Notes under the pieces: model-generated
Database searches by the model: none
What the model saw: only the letters and a program-made list of their open reading frames with translations
What the model was told of the DNA's origin: nothing
Part shown: one piece after another, positions 43,281-54,891 of the stretch
How the letters are laid out: every line of letters begins with the position of its first letter
Position numbering within the stretch: position 1 is the first letter of the stretch
DNA from: Fimbriosthenelais zetlandica
Lineage: Eukaryota
DNA: 64,000 bases
NCBI GenBank assembly: GCA_977030845.1
Contig: OZ365110.1
Coordinates: forward strand, 45,198,001-45,262,000
Reading direction: 5' to 3'
Translations under genes and position numbers: made by a program

Positions 43281-43299
43281 TGGTGTGAGAACCCGGTTT
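43281..43299 (+). promoter_or_regulatory. primer-binding-site-like sequence TGGTGTGAGAACCCGGTTT
   Basis: Begins TGG 1 nt after the LTR end. The first 11 nt match the tRNA-Leu-type PBS TGGTGTCAGAA at 10/11. The priming tRNA cannot be assigned firmly. Confidence 0.7.
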
Positions 43300-43346
43300 G
43301 GCTTGCCCTTAATTTTTGCCTTGGGAGTAATATATTGGACAGAATT

Positions 43347-44870
43347 ATGGCGGACTTGGACGATTTCTTCAGGAGAATGGGGGAGAAGATGGATAGAATG
43401 TTGGAGAGGCAGATCCCACAACCTCAGCGACCAACATTTCAACCTGCATATCCACAACAACCATGGAATGCATATCAACCACAATACAACCAACACCAGG
43501 TCCAACAACAGCAATTTCCACAAGTATATCAACAGGTACCACAACAACCCTTCCACAGACAACATCAGGTACAGCAACATTTCATACAACAGGTACCACA
43601 ACAGCCATTCTTTAGACAACATATAGGGCAACAACAATACTTCAGACAACAACAAGCACCACAACAGCAGATAAATAATTTTAGACAACATCAAGTACCA
43701 CACCAACAGTTCATTCGAGAAAAGCAGTTCTTCAGTCAACAACAGCGACCACAACATCATTCTTTTACACAACAGCGACCACAACAGCATTACTTTACAG
43801 AACAGCAACCACAACAGCAGTCTTTCAAACAACAGCAACAGCAAGAACCGTCCTTCAGACAAGAACTTTACTCACTCTTACGTGAACTGGTTAATGAAAA
43901 TGACAATGAACTGCAAGATGAACTAGATGAACTGGACGACAAACAGGATGATGAACTGGGTGGTGCCAAGGATGATGAATTGGACTATGTACATTTTGAA
44001 AAACAGAATGATGAACTGAAGAAGACACTGGATAATGACGTGAATAATGGACAAAAGGAATGGTATGATAAACTCGAGGACAAACAGGACAATGAAGATT
44101 CAGACAAACAGGTAGATGATGATCTGGATGAAAAACAGGACAATATACTAGGTAATATACAAGTTAATGAACCAAATGTTACACTGAATGATGAACTGAT
44201 TGATGAACCAAATGATACACTGATTGATGAACTGATTGATGAACCAAATGATACACTGAATGATGAACTGATTGATAAACCAAATGATACACCGATTGAT
44301 GAACCAAATGATACACTGATTGATGAACCAAATGATACACTGATTGATGAACTGATTGATGAACCAAATGATACACCGATTGATGAACCAAATGATACAC
44401 TGATTGATGAACTGATTGATGAACCAAATGATACACTGAATGATGAACTGATTGATAAACCAAATGATACACCGATTGATGAACCAAATGATACACCGAT
44501 TGATGAACTGATTGATGAACCAAATGATACACTGAATGATGAACTGATTGATGAACCAAATGTTACACTGAATGAGGAATTGAAGAATGAACTTGATGAA
44601 AAACGGGACCATCAAATGTGTGACAAACAGGTTGATAAACATTTCGACAAAAATGTTGATGATTCAGATATTATGATCATGGTGTCAGGGGAAAATGATG
44701 GGTCTCAAGATCAGCAACCATGTATCATGGGCAGTGTGGATGTTTTAGTTCCAAAGGTAGTCCAAGGATGGACTGGAATAAGAAGGAGGGGGAGCTATGT
44801 AACAAATTGCTGGGATGCCAAGGCTTTTAAAGAAACTATTTTCAGGGGCCTAGTATCTTGTGCTGGATAG
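43347..44870 (+). CDS. uncharacterised 507-aa low-complexity protein carried by the LTR element (Q-rich N-half, acidic tandem-repeat C-half)
   Basis: Uninterrupted 1.5-kb ORF filling most of the internal region. The first ATG at 43347 has a good context (ATTATGG); the ORF track starts at TTG 43335. No recognisable domain or signal peptide. Confidence 0.65.
   Translation: MADLDDFFRRMGEKMDRMLERQIPQPQRPTFQPAYPQQPWNAYQPQYNQHQVQQQQFPQVYQQVPQQPFHRQHQVQQHFIQQVPQQPFFRQHIGQQQYFRQQQAPQQQINNFRQHQVPHQQFIREKQFFSQQQRPQHHSFTQQRPQQHYFTEQQPQQQSFKQQQQQEPSFRQELYSLLRELVNENDNELQDELDELDDKQDDELGGAKDDELDYVHFEKQNDELKKTLDNDVNNGQKEWYDKLEDKQDNEDSDKQVDDDLDEKQDNILGNIQVNEPNVTLNDELIDEPNDTLIDELIDEPNDTLNDELIDKPNDTPIDEPNDTLIDEPNDTLIDELIDEPNDTPIDEPNDTLIDELIDEPNDTLNDELIDKPNDTPIDEPNDTPIDELIDEPNDTLNDELIDEPNVTLNEELKNELDEKRDHQMCDKQVDKHFDKNVDDSDIMIMVSGENDGSQDQQPCIMGSVDVLVPKVVQGWTGIRRRGSYVTNCWDAKAFKETIFRGLVSCAG
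44166..44579 (+). repeat. coding tandem repeat built from 24-nt (DEPNDTLI) and 12-nt (DELI) modules
   Basis: Repeated gatgaaccaaatgatacactgatt and gatgaactgatt units. All unit lengths are multiples of 3. Confidence 0.95.
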
Positions 44871-45085
44871 ATATGCATTTCAATATTATATTATTTTTAC
44901 AAATCATCTGATTAATGATATTTTTGACACGGACTGTCCAAAGGAAATTTCTTGCTTTATTATTAGGGTTCGCCCAGGAGTGCGAAAACAAAGGAGGAAG
45001 GAATGTTAATGTGGACATGTATAATGTTATTCTTTTCTTGAAATTTCTATGTTTATTATAAGGGTTCGCCCAGGAGTGCGAAAGC

Positions 45086-45099
45086 AAAGGAGGAAGGAA
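45086..45099 (+). promoter_or_regulatory. polypurine tract AAAGGAGGAAGGAA
   Basis: Pure purine run directly abutting the TG of the 3' LTR. Confidence 0.9.
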
Positions 45100-45671
45100 T
45101 GTTAATGTGGGGATTCAGACGTTTTACTTTTAATGCTTGATTACAATGTGATATAGGGGTTGGCATCTTGTTTGTGTAAGTGACATGTCTGAGCTTGCAA
45201 CTTGACAATGGCCAGCATCAATGCCAGCATTATAGCTTTGTCAGCTTGTAACAAACAAAGGGACAATAACATAAAAAGGGGAAATCTGGGTAATATTGAA
45301 ATGGGCCAATGACGGTTAAGGGTATAGATGGGAACAGTTTAAAAAGGCATGCTGTAGGGACAATCAGGGTCACTTGTGATCCACCCGTGGCAGGGGTTTA
45401 AGGTCACTTGTTGACTCCCGAATTATTGGGCAACAACTCCACCACTAACATTCTACTGTCTTCACCTACCATATATTCTAGGGGGATATAGCTGGGAAAG
45501 GAATACAACTAGGAGTATATCTTTGGACATTGTGTATCAACTGTATCTTTGGACATTGTATATGAAATATATTGGATGTTATATAAGGCATAAATAAATA
45601 AGTGGCAAGCCATTAAAGCATACGATCTCTGGTCGTCTCTAATATACAGAGGTCAGCCCCGTATATTTACA
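45100..45671 (+). repeat. 3' LTR (572 bp)
   Basis: Direct copy of the 5' LTR, preceded by a PPT and followed by the TSD CAAC. Confidence 0.95.
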
Positions 45672-48600
45672 CAACCACTTATCGATCCGAGTACACAACA
45701 GTGGTAGGACATCATAGGAAAGGAATGCAGAAGGTTCATAAAATTTTATATCTCATTCTTTATGACTAGAGGGAACACTCGACCAAGTGTTCTTTCTCTA
45801 GCAGCAGTTATCAGATGTTAAAATAGTGGAATTGAAATCAAGCCCACCTCAGCCAAGAACAGAGATAGATGTCCACCATTAGATTTATATTGTACTTTGT
45901 TTATGTGTGCTGGAGTGCTATCATCAATGTACCCCATAAATTTCTGAAATAATATACGATTAATATGATTGTGCCTCCTCAAATGACCAAGTCAATCGAT
46001 CAATAGACGAGCAATATCGCAGACAATTCTTAAATAGTTATCTAAGAAGAGATGATAACGATTTCCATAAACCGAAAGTAGGCTTAACGAATCCATATCA
46101 CAATTGTCATTGTTGTGCCCCCTCTATAGCCAATCAATACATGCGAATAAAATATTGACTAGTAATGCTTTCACAATCAGTAAGCACGTTGGCTAAGTTG
46201 AACACGTACAGTTATATGGGGGTCCAAGTTGCAGGTCTATTGTTGGTACTTTCTGATAAGATGTCCCATTTAAAACGACCTTACCATGTACCACACACAT
46301 GTATGCAATCTGATTCAGGCGCCACAACACAATATTTGCCAAATCCTGGTACTCTGATCATTACCATGTACACATACAAATTATGTATCTAAAAAGCTCT
46401 TCGAAACAAACGTTATTAACGTATTCATAGTATTGACCTTCTTTGCATAAAATCTGGGCGAATGTACGTGAACTGTTCAACTGTTACATGTACATTGTAA
46501 TATACATTACACCTTCGGTTTTAATATAAGAATTGACAAGACACGTGATGCTAATCTGGCTGTTCTAAAAAAAAGTGAAGCACTTAACATAGGTCGATTC
46601 AAGGTGTACAGTACATTAGTTTCATTAGTTCTTTGGCACAGGACACAATAGCAACCAGGAATAATCCTTAACTAATTCCTAAAGCAAATATTGGATGGCT
46701 CAGCCATTTATACAGGAGCCACAGGGGTGTCAAGGTGCGAGGCAGACATATATTAGGTGAACCTGTAAGATAAACGTTCAAGAAACAAAGATGCTGAAAA
46801 GAGGACAAAATAATAATGTGATTCTAAACAGAGAATAATAAATATTATATACTATTCATTTTACTTTCCTGGTTATTATGAATTTATATGGCATGAATCT
46901 GGTCCATTTCTATATAAGTTATGGTTTTGGAAAGAATGATTGATGAGCCATGATAAAAATAACAATATGCCTAGTAAAAATTTAATTTTAATGAATCTAA
47001 TGCAGCTTATGGAACCAACCTCTACTTCCTGCATTTTGAATTGGTCCGCGGAACATATCCCTCCCAATCTTCATTCCAAATGGCATGAATCTGTTGTTTA
47101 GAGAGGCATGGGTGTATCTATATACATGTAAACCCCTTAAGAGTAGAATCCTCGCCCCGGGGGCTTTTCCAGCGTCTCTAACAATGACCAGCCACAACAA
47201 CAATAATAAAGCCCAATCCTCTCCTCTCGCTCACTCAATGGCCGGATTGGGGTCGTGCATCACATGTAATCCTCTTTTGAAACCTTTAAGTGAACATGCT
47301 GGGTTCTGGCGAGGTAGTTGAGCGATAATTGGCAGTTTCAGCTTTAAGTGCTCATTACGTCTGAATGTGTATTGAAAATCCGGGTGTGTGTAAAGGGGCC
47401 CAGACGATAGGTCACTTGGCGGTTTTGGTGGCAAAAGGAAAGCAATCAACCACTAAAGGAAGACAACAAAGTGACCAATAGTTGCTTGTGGGTGTTTATT
47501 GTTGTCCTGTGTTGCTGTAGGGTTGTATAGGGATGGATTAGGATATGTAATATGGGTGGATTTGTATGGCGGTGACGGTTAGTCAGTGGGAGGAAAAATA
47601 GACGGAATCAGCAGCGCGTACTTGAGTACACAGAGGTTATGTCCGCGCCATCCAGAGAACACTCCAACAACCAGGTCCTTCCTGGCTTCACTCTAATATA
47701 CCATCCCCCACCCTGGAGGAGAGAGGCATGTGGGTCAATGGCTTCCTAACCTCTCCACACTGGTCTATTATTCCTTACAGATGTGTGTATTGTGAACTAG
47801 TCCGTGTACTCAACACTCTTTCTTGTTGCTACAGCCTTCTCCTACTCATTAACTCCAGTGCTCGTAGATCACCTGGAGGGGGAGGGTTCAGCGTTCCTCC
47901 AGCGTTCAATGGGCGCCAAAGCAGTCAGTGAAGCCAGCGTTGCCTGGTTAAAACCCTGGTGTCTGGGTGACAGTTAAAGCTGTCTTATGAAGCTGTCAGA
48001 GGACTGTCAGACCGTTGACAGCACCCACTGTCACCTCTGGTGTCTGGCCAGCGTTCTCCCGGCGTTAGCTACCGCCAATACAAGTCTCCTGAGTTGGGGG
48101 GAGAGGAGTATAACACGAGGCTATGCGGCCTCGAGTCCCAAACCCAGCCACCAGAGAATCTATGTCAGACGGGGAACCTTCCTCTGTTATAGGTCTAATA
48201 CCACAGGTCTGCTGCTTTGTTCGCCATACATACACCTACCCCTCCTCCTGCGTCTCCCCATTAAGCTAGATCCTGTCTTAATGGGTAGATGACCCAGTCA
48301 AGTGACCAATGGTCTCCTGGAGGAGTTCACAGTCATGCACTTCCTCCAGACAGCTGAAGAACTGGTTTTGTTGTAAAAGGGTTGGCGAGGGCAGGCAGCA
48401 GCACTAGCACTCCTCCACCTCCTCTTCTAATAGTATTCTCGTACTATGGAGCCGCCGAGCGGTTTGCACTCGCTGTTTGAGGCTGATTCTGTAGCCAGGA
48501 GAGGAGAGAGAAGGGAGAGAGCTTATTGAATGTTGTCCCTAGCGCGGCGATGGTGAGGTGGCCCTATGCCGCTTAGTACAGTGCACGCACTTAGGTGCAT

Positions 48601-51600
48601 TGGCCTGGTGTTGGTGGAGATGGTGGTTCTGTATGTGTGAGTGTGTGGGTGACCAGGGGCACTCCAAATAAAATGGATTGTCATGCCGTTTAGGATCCCC
48701 CCCAAATTCGTTTTTTTCTGAGAAAGGGGAGGGGTGGAGGGAGAAAGTATCTTCATAATATCTAGATACAATTTCTGATGGAACTGGTAACCCATTTTCA
48801 TGAAAAAATATTTTATTGGAAAAAAATGGACTTCAACTCAAAATATGTACCTTTTCACTTGTACCGTAAAGTAAAATAGCTTGTACGAAGAATGGTACCT
48901 CTTTTCTTGGCAAACATGCCTGTTTTGAAATTTCATTTCAAAGGAGTTACTAAATTCACCCCTCTTTGATATATTTTGTTATACACAGTGGGAAGCGAGA
49001 CTAACGACTTTAAAGCATCCCATTATCTTTAAAATTGGGAACGCAATGCAACCCACTTTGGTTCCCAGTGCCCCAGGGTGGGAGGGTGGGTGAGTGATGG
49101 AGCTGTATGTGTGTGTGTTGTCCAAGTGTGTCTGTGTGTTGGAAAACTTGCACACACCGCCCTATATAACGATCACACACAGTGAGTTCTGTGTTTGGTA
49201 TACTGAGGTCGTATAGTTCCAATTCGAGATAAATCTTGGAAATAACAGGGATGGAATGGTGGAGTGGTGTGGAGGAGGTACTAAGGGGTGGGAGATGTTG
49301 AAGGCCCTGTATATAGAAAGCTTTGGGACGGTGGTATTATAGAAGCCTCTCAGCTAGGGGCAGGTTTGCTTCGCAGCTCTATACCGGCGGATGACCTCGA
49401 TTCACCAACCGTAATTAATAGGTCTCCTTCTCATAACAGAGGCTTAGCCAATGGGATACCACTCCTTCCGTGCTAGCTAAACACCATGCCAATCCATACA
49501 CGAAATTAATGTGGACAGAGAACCCATAAACACGTAATACCTAGCTTCAATATTACTCATGCATGAAATGATAAAAATCCAAAGTATGCATGTCAAGACA
49601 GGAGAAAATAAAGTGGTTGTAACATAGATTTTATCAGCAATTTACCTCAGGAATATTTCACTAATTTGAAACTTTTTTCTGAAGAAAGTTTTTACTCCAT
49701 ATTTCCAATTTGAACAGGTATGTAACAATAGATGGTCTTTACATTGTAGTTGAAAGTACAATATAACCACGCCATATTACAAATCAACAATATCTCACAC
49801 ACAGAAGCTAATGCCACATTAAAACATGCAAGAATGGCTTCATACTTTTCAGTGAGTCAACCCATTCAGGTATGAGATCCGCACATGCTTGTTTCATTCG
49901 TTCACGGAAGACTGAACAAGCAATAATAAGCAAACTTCGGGAGAGCTAAATAGTTATTGGAAGACCGAATATGCCATATTTTCACCCTACAGAATTATAT
50001 CATTAATGGTGAAAACGTAACAAATCGAGTCACAATGACGGGTTTTGGTCATGGCTTAGTGGAGCTCAGATTAACACTGCCGGCTACTTAAGTAGCTATT
50101 GGGTGTCAATTCCATGTACATCACAATGAGGGACAGAGAAACAAAATCATAGACAATCAACCGAGCAATCTGAAGACATTCCCTGAGAAAGAGATTATCG
50201 GCTCAGTCATTGTACAAGGCGGGTTCCTTGAAAGCCAATTCTTCAGGATAAATAGCCCATGTCATGGTTTCAGGCCCCTTTTCCCCATTTTCCCTTGAAG
50301 CCATTTTGACCAATTACATCATAGCTTCTCATCCACGGCATTAGCAGTCCTGAATGGCGCAAACCCGATTACACCCTGTGTCACTTAACGTTTAGAATAG
50401 AGCTCTTTTTTGCTCCAAACTGTGAGCCTTTGTTATGCTGCACTAAAGGCAGGTTGACATAGAGTATTGCTCATTCACTCTCCAGCCCAGAGCCTCTATC
50501 CCGCCAGCTCTCGCTGCACGTGACCTGAACCGAACTCGGCCTGAGGTCACATGACCAGTGTCCTCACGTAACATTGCGGCAGTACAGGGTATTACAACCA
50601 GTTACAACGGTGAGGTATTTACCAGATTCCACTCTGGGGAAAAGAGCGTGACTCTGATCTTGTAATACAACGCGAATTACGAGTTTATTAGCACATATTG
50701 CGTAAAAGCCAAACCGCCAGACTGTTTTGTTGTCTGATGGTTTGTCTGGCGCATTATGGTATGCCATGTTTTGACGGGTGTCAGCTATAACCATGCAGCA
50801 CAGACACAAATTTTAATCTACTCCATGTGCCGAGCACTCGAATGTAAATTAGCCATGATCAGGAGTAGAAAGTTCAAACTTCGCCAACACTAGGTTATCC
50901 TGGGTTTTTAAATGTTTCTTTTTCTTTGGTTCAGAATACCAAAGTAGAACACAATGTTTTGGAGGACATGCATGGTGCAATCCTGTATACAATCACTTCC
51001 GCATTGGACATTTTTTGTGTGAATCGTATATATGTACATTCATCATGACATGTTAAATTTTTACGACATGACTTTGGCACATTAAATATTAATCTTTCTA
51101 TCAATACAGATTTATCTGATAAAGTGTATATATGACCTTGAGCGGTCATATGCGGGCATATCACAATGGTTTACACATTTTTCAAATAATGCTCTAGCGT
51201 CTTTGTTTAAAAAGTGCCAATCAATGAATAGTGCATGTAAGCCTATATAATAATAGAAATGTATAAAAGTGTATTTCATACACTTAGTTTTTGTTTGAAA
51301 TATGGACAAAGATCACCAGCCACATGACCCAAAAGGAAGTAAACCTTATAGTCACATCATAACTAGGCTACAGGCCTACATGTGGCCATGTATACAGTAT
51401 CCATGTACCTAGGTCAACCCTCTATTCTGGCTATATATGATACTGTTGTCCTCTATAGAGCTAGCTGTCCAAATCTCTATACACAAAATGGTCATGTGAA
51501 CAGCGGGGGCAGTGAAAGTGTTTGGTGTGGGTGAAGGTGAAGTGTGTAGGCGAGAGATCGATGGTTATGTGGAGGGGTTGGGGGATGAAGCCAGCCTAGT

Positions 51601-51835
51601 ACGCCCGGTATTTACCACAGATCAATATAACCTATAGCTTGTAGAACCCCAAGATATCATTGGTTTCCTTTCATCAACTTCAGACCTGACAGTGGAGTTC
51701 TTACTCCCATGTATTCATTACATTGTATTGAGTATAACATTAGGAAAGTACATGCACAAACATGTCCTCATAAAAATATCGCTATTAGAGGAATTGCGCA
51801 CTTATCTTTTGGCCAAATGTATATATAGGAACCAT

Positions 51836-51875
51836 CACTCACCTGAAAAATAAGAGACATCATTTTAACAACAAA
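51836..51875 (-). other. recursive-splice-site-like motif (3'ss fused to 5'ss): GTCTCTTATTTTTCAG|GTGAGTG
   Basis: Pyrimidine tract + CAG immediately followed by a consensus GTGAGT. The junction is at 51843/51842, with about 35 nt upstream free of AG. Confidence 0.5.
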
Positions 51876-52065
51876 ACTTAAATGCAAGTAAATGACGTAT
51901 GAAGACAAAACATGCAGCTTATTAAGGGATCTTATTATATTTGAGTTGGTTAGGACTTAATTATTTGAACTGTCACATTTGTGAATATCCTGCAATTTAA
52001 GGAAATTGATGGCAATTGTTGACAGTTTCTATAAGGGATATAATAACCTATATTATTGAAAATAT

Positions 52066-52081
52066 TGACCCAGTGTGACCT
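52066..52081 (-). promoter_or_regulatory. perfect DR4 nuclear-receptor element
   Basis: AGGTCA cact GGGTCA on the minus strand. Confidence 0.5.
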
Positions 52082-54689
52082 CCTCAGTCACCAAAGGTTA
52101 GGTTTACTTGAAACCCAGGTCAAAGGGGTAGAGGGGTCTGTGGGAGGTTCTATGGACGGGATGGGTATTGCCTGGGGTGTGTATTCAGATGTGAGGGTGT
52201 CTGACAGGATGGGGAGGTGAGGTGGCAATGTTCAGGGTCAGCGATTGGTCAGAGACGCCAAAAAGATGTAGGTCTACTCTATACCGGAGAAGTGTCCCTT
52301 TCATATAATATTATTAATTAGTCTATGCTTAAATCATTTTACTCTAAGGTCTATGCTTAAAAGTCATCCATACTTTTATTTCAGATTTCGCAAGGGCCAT
52401 CACTTTTATCTTCTATTACCTCACATGGTATAAAACAGTGTCATGCAATACTGGTTAAAAGAACTCTTTAAAGGCTTGGAAAGTAAGTATCACTTTCAAG
52501 AGTCCCACATCATAGTCCTGTTCCTCACTACAGACTTCCAATGATCATCTCGTGGTGTCCAGTAGCACGTGACCCAGTCCGCAAATAGACGAGAGGTCAA
52601 TATCAGAGTTCAAGGTCAAAGGTTTCGACATCATCCTGCCCTGTTACTGTCTGGTATCTGGGCGGGGGAGAGGGGTGAGGGCATTTTGGGTAGCGGATAA
52701 AATCAAATCTAGAGGCATTTCGAGGAAAGTATCGTAATGTTCAAGAGGCATTATTTGTATAGGGGAGAGACTAGTCTGCAGTGTATGTTAAAATGGACAA
52801 TGATGATAATATGAAGAAGTGAGGGAAAGTTGGGGGCGATTACTCCACAAATAACAATATAGAGAATTTCTATTAGAGCTTAGGTCTACATTTTACTCTA
52901 AGATGAGAGTTAACAAGGTAATATAGGTAATGGAGCATATTAAGCATAAAATATGACTTTATTTGTGAGGGGGTGGGGGTGTTGTTGGCTAACTGGAGGA
53001 ATGTGTGTATTTCAGCCGCGTTCCACATTTGGAATGGGAGCCTCTAGGAGTCGCTCGGAGGTCAGTGGATGAGGCCCGGAACGAGGCTATAAAAGTCACA
53101 TCAAACGTGCATAACGAGCGGACAGCGGTATCTTCTACGGCCCGCTGATCCCCCCACCCCTCATACATCTAGACTGGCCACCTAGACTAGCTACAGTCAC
53201 TCTCATTTAAACACATTCCATCCCTATATACATAGCAAAAAAAAACAATATCCTTGAATAAAGTTACGTCAGCAAATAACAAAGCCAATCACTATCCCTA
53301 ACACCAAAACAGCGCACTATTAAAGAGGTCTTATTTGTGATTGAAAGACATCGATAGCCTATAGACAAAATATAATACAAGTCGGGCAAACTATTAGAAA
53401 AGACCCGTGCAAGTGTAAGTTCAATGTCAAGGGGGGAACTATCCTTTGCATGAAGTAAAGGCTCCTTATTTCTGGTTCGACTGTTTTACATCGTTTGTGC
53501 GGTAGGCAAGTGGACCTCTATTCTGTAGACATATCAATAGAAACAACCAGAATATTCTGGTTCAAATTTATACCCCAGCTCGAGTGACTCATCCCCAGTT
53601 AAACTAAATATCATGGAGGAATGACTCCATGAATGATAAGAACGTAAACGGGGTCATTTTGAAAAATAATAATGGGCATAACTGAAACACAGTGTCTATG
53701 TGCATGGCGGTGGGATTGGAATTATGAGATAAAGGTTTGAAACATTTTCATTTTTTGGACAAAAACGTTTTTTCACAATGTTTTATATACTTGTACATAT
53801 ACCATATTGTGAATGCCAAAACCTAATGGAAACGTTGCGGATTGAAACAAAAACATAGCCATTGGCATGCATGCCTCGCAACGTGTCTCAACCCTGGGTC
53901 GTTCCTGGCATATCTGCACTGACTACAGATAGGGCTAAGTAGGAAGGATCTTCCTTGATATCTACAATAAGAGACATTAAATCAGAGCACATGCCAGAGT
54001 CTGGTCGAGATAAGCTATCTGATAAGGCTGACTATGAGCCTCTTCGTTCAGAAAAATTAACTTAAAACAAATATGCCTTCTCCAGTTAAATTCTTCAGTA
54101 CATGATGCACAGGTGCAAAGTGACCAAAATGTTTATTACATTTGGCCCTCAACCATGCAGTCAACTATGCAAGACAGGACATAATTATGTCATCTTAAGA
54201 TGACCAGACCACCGACCAGCTTGACCATTTATCCTCGACTATAATGCCAGAGTCCCGGTTTGACCAGTGGCGTGAAATGACTGACCTCGCCTTAAACAGA
54301 CTGTGTCCATGATCAGTCACTGGCTCACTGTACTACATTTAGATGCAGGTTATTATAACTTCTCCACCTTCTAGGGAATATCAAGATCAATTCCAATTTC
54401 AAAATCTTGAACGGGAATATGAAGGAGATACAAGAGAATGTTCTAGTCACAAATATGAAACCAAAAGGAAGATTGCCCAACCCAAAAGGAAGAGGGCAAT
54501 CCTTTTGCTGAACAGAACCAAATGAAATAGGGTCTAGATCGAAGTACCAAAGTTCCAATTGTGTTGAATGTTTTTGTACAACATGGATTGAAGAGCTGTG
54601 ATTAGCCGAATACCAAATCTATATCCCAGACCATGGAGCTAAATATAGTAAGAGCATCACAAAAAGCTGACGGAGCCAATAATCAACCT

Positions 54690-54891
54690 GCCGCCATATT
54701 GTCACGGCCTCGCTTTGTTTTGCTGACCCTAATGACCGTGACCCTTCACCCCGTCTGACCCCAGACATGAGGCAGGACTCACCTCAAGTGAGGTCACATC
54801 CGGATCCTGGCAACGATTCGCATGCGCATTAGAACCAAACTTTTTGTAACCAAGCCATGAAAGTCTATGCATTGGAATATATATTGATTGG
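54690..54891 (-). promoter_or_regulatory. candidate alternative promoter / non-coding first exon
   Basis: On the minus strand: two CCAAT boxes (54887, 54871), NRF1-like TGCGCATGCG (54818-54828), a strong donor GAG|GTGAGT at 54783/54782 with no good acceptor upstream, and a YY1-like AATATGGCGGC (54690-54700). Confidence 0.4.
54724..54761 (-). promoter_or_regulatory. cluster of five nuclear-receptor half-sites (DR3/DR0/DR1/DR4 spacings)
   Basis: TGACCC taa TGACCG TGACCC t TCACCC cgtc TGACCC. Confidence 0.55.

Larger units (their letters stand above)
42708..45671 (+). mobile_element. complete non-autonomous LTR retrotransposon (Ty3/Gypsy-type ends), 2964 bp
   Basis: Two 572-bp direct repeats with TGTTAA...TTTACA termini and a 4-bp TSD CAAC (42704-42707 and 45672-45675). 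A PBS-like sequence follows the 5' LTR and a PPT precedes the 3' LTR. No RT, RNase H or integrase motifs are present in the internal region. Confidence 0.95.

Noticed and set aside
44166-44579. Repeat array as CRISPR-like
   Set aside because: Eukaryotic context, no unique spacers, and no cas genes.
43275-44642. Antisense and alternative-frame ORFs in the LTR element (43275-43862, 43285-43626, 44148-44642, 44179-44559)
   Set aside because: By-products of low-complexity, 3n-periodic repeats of the main ORF.
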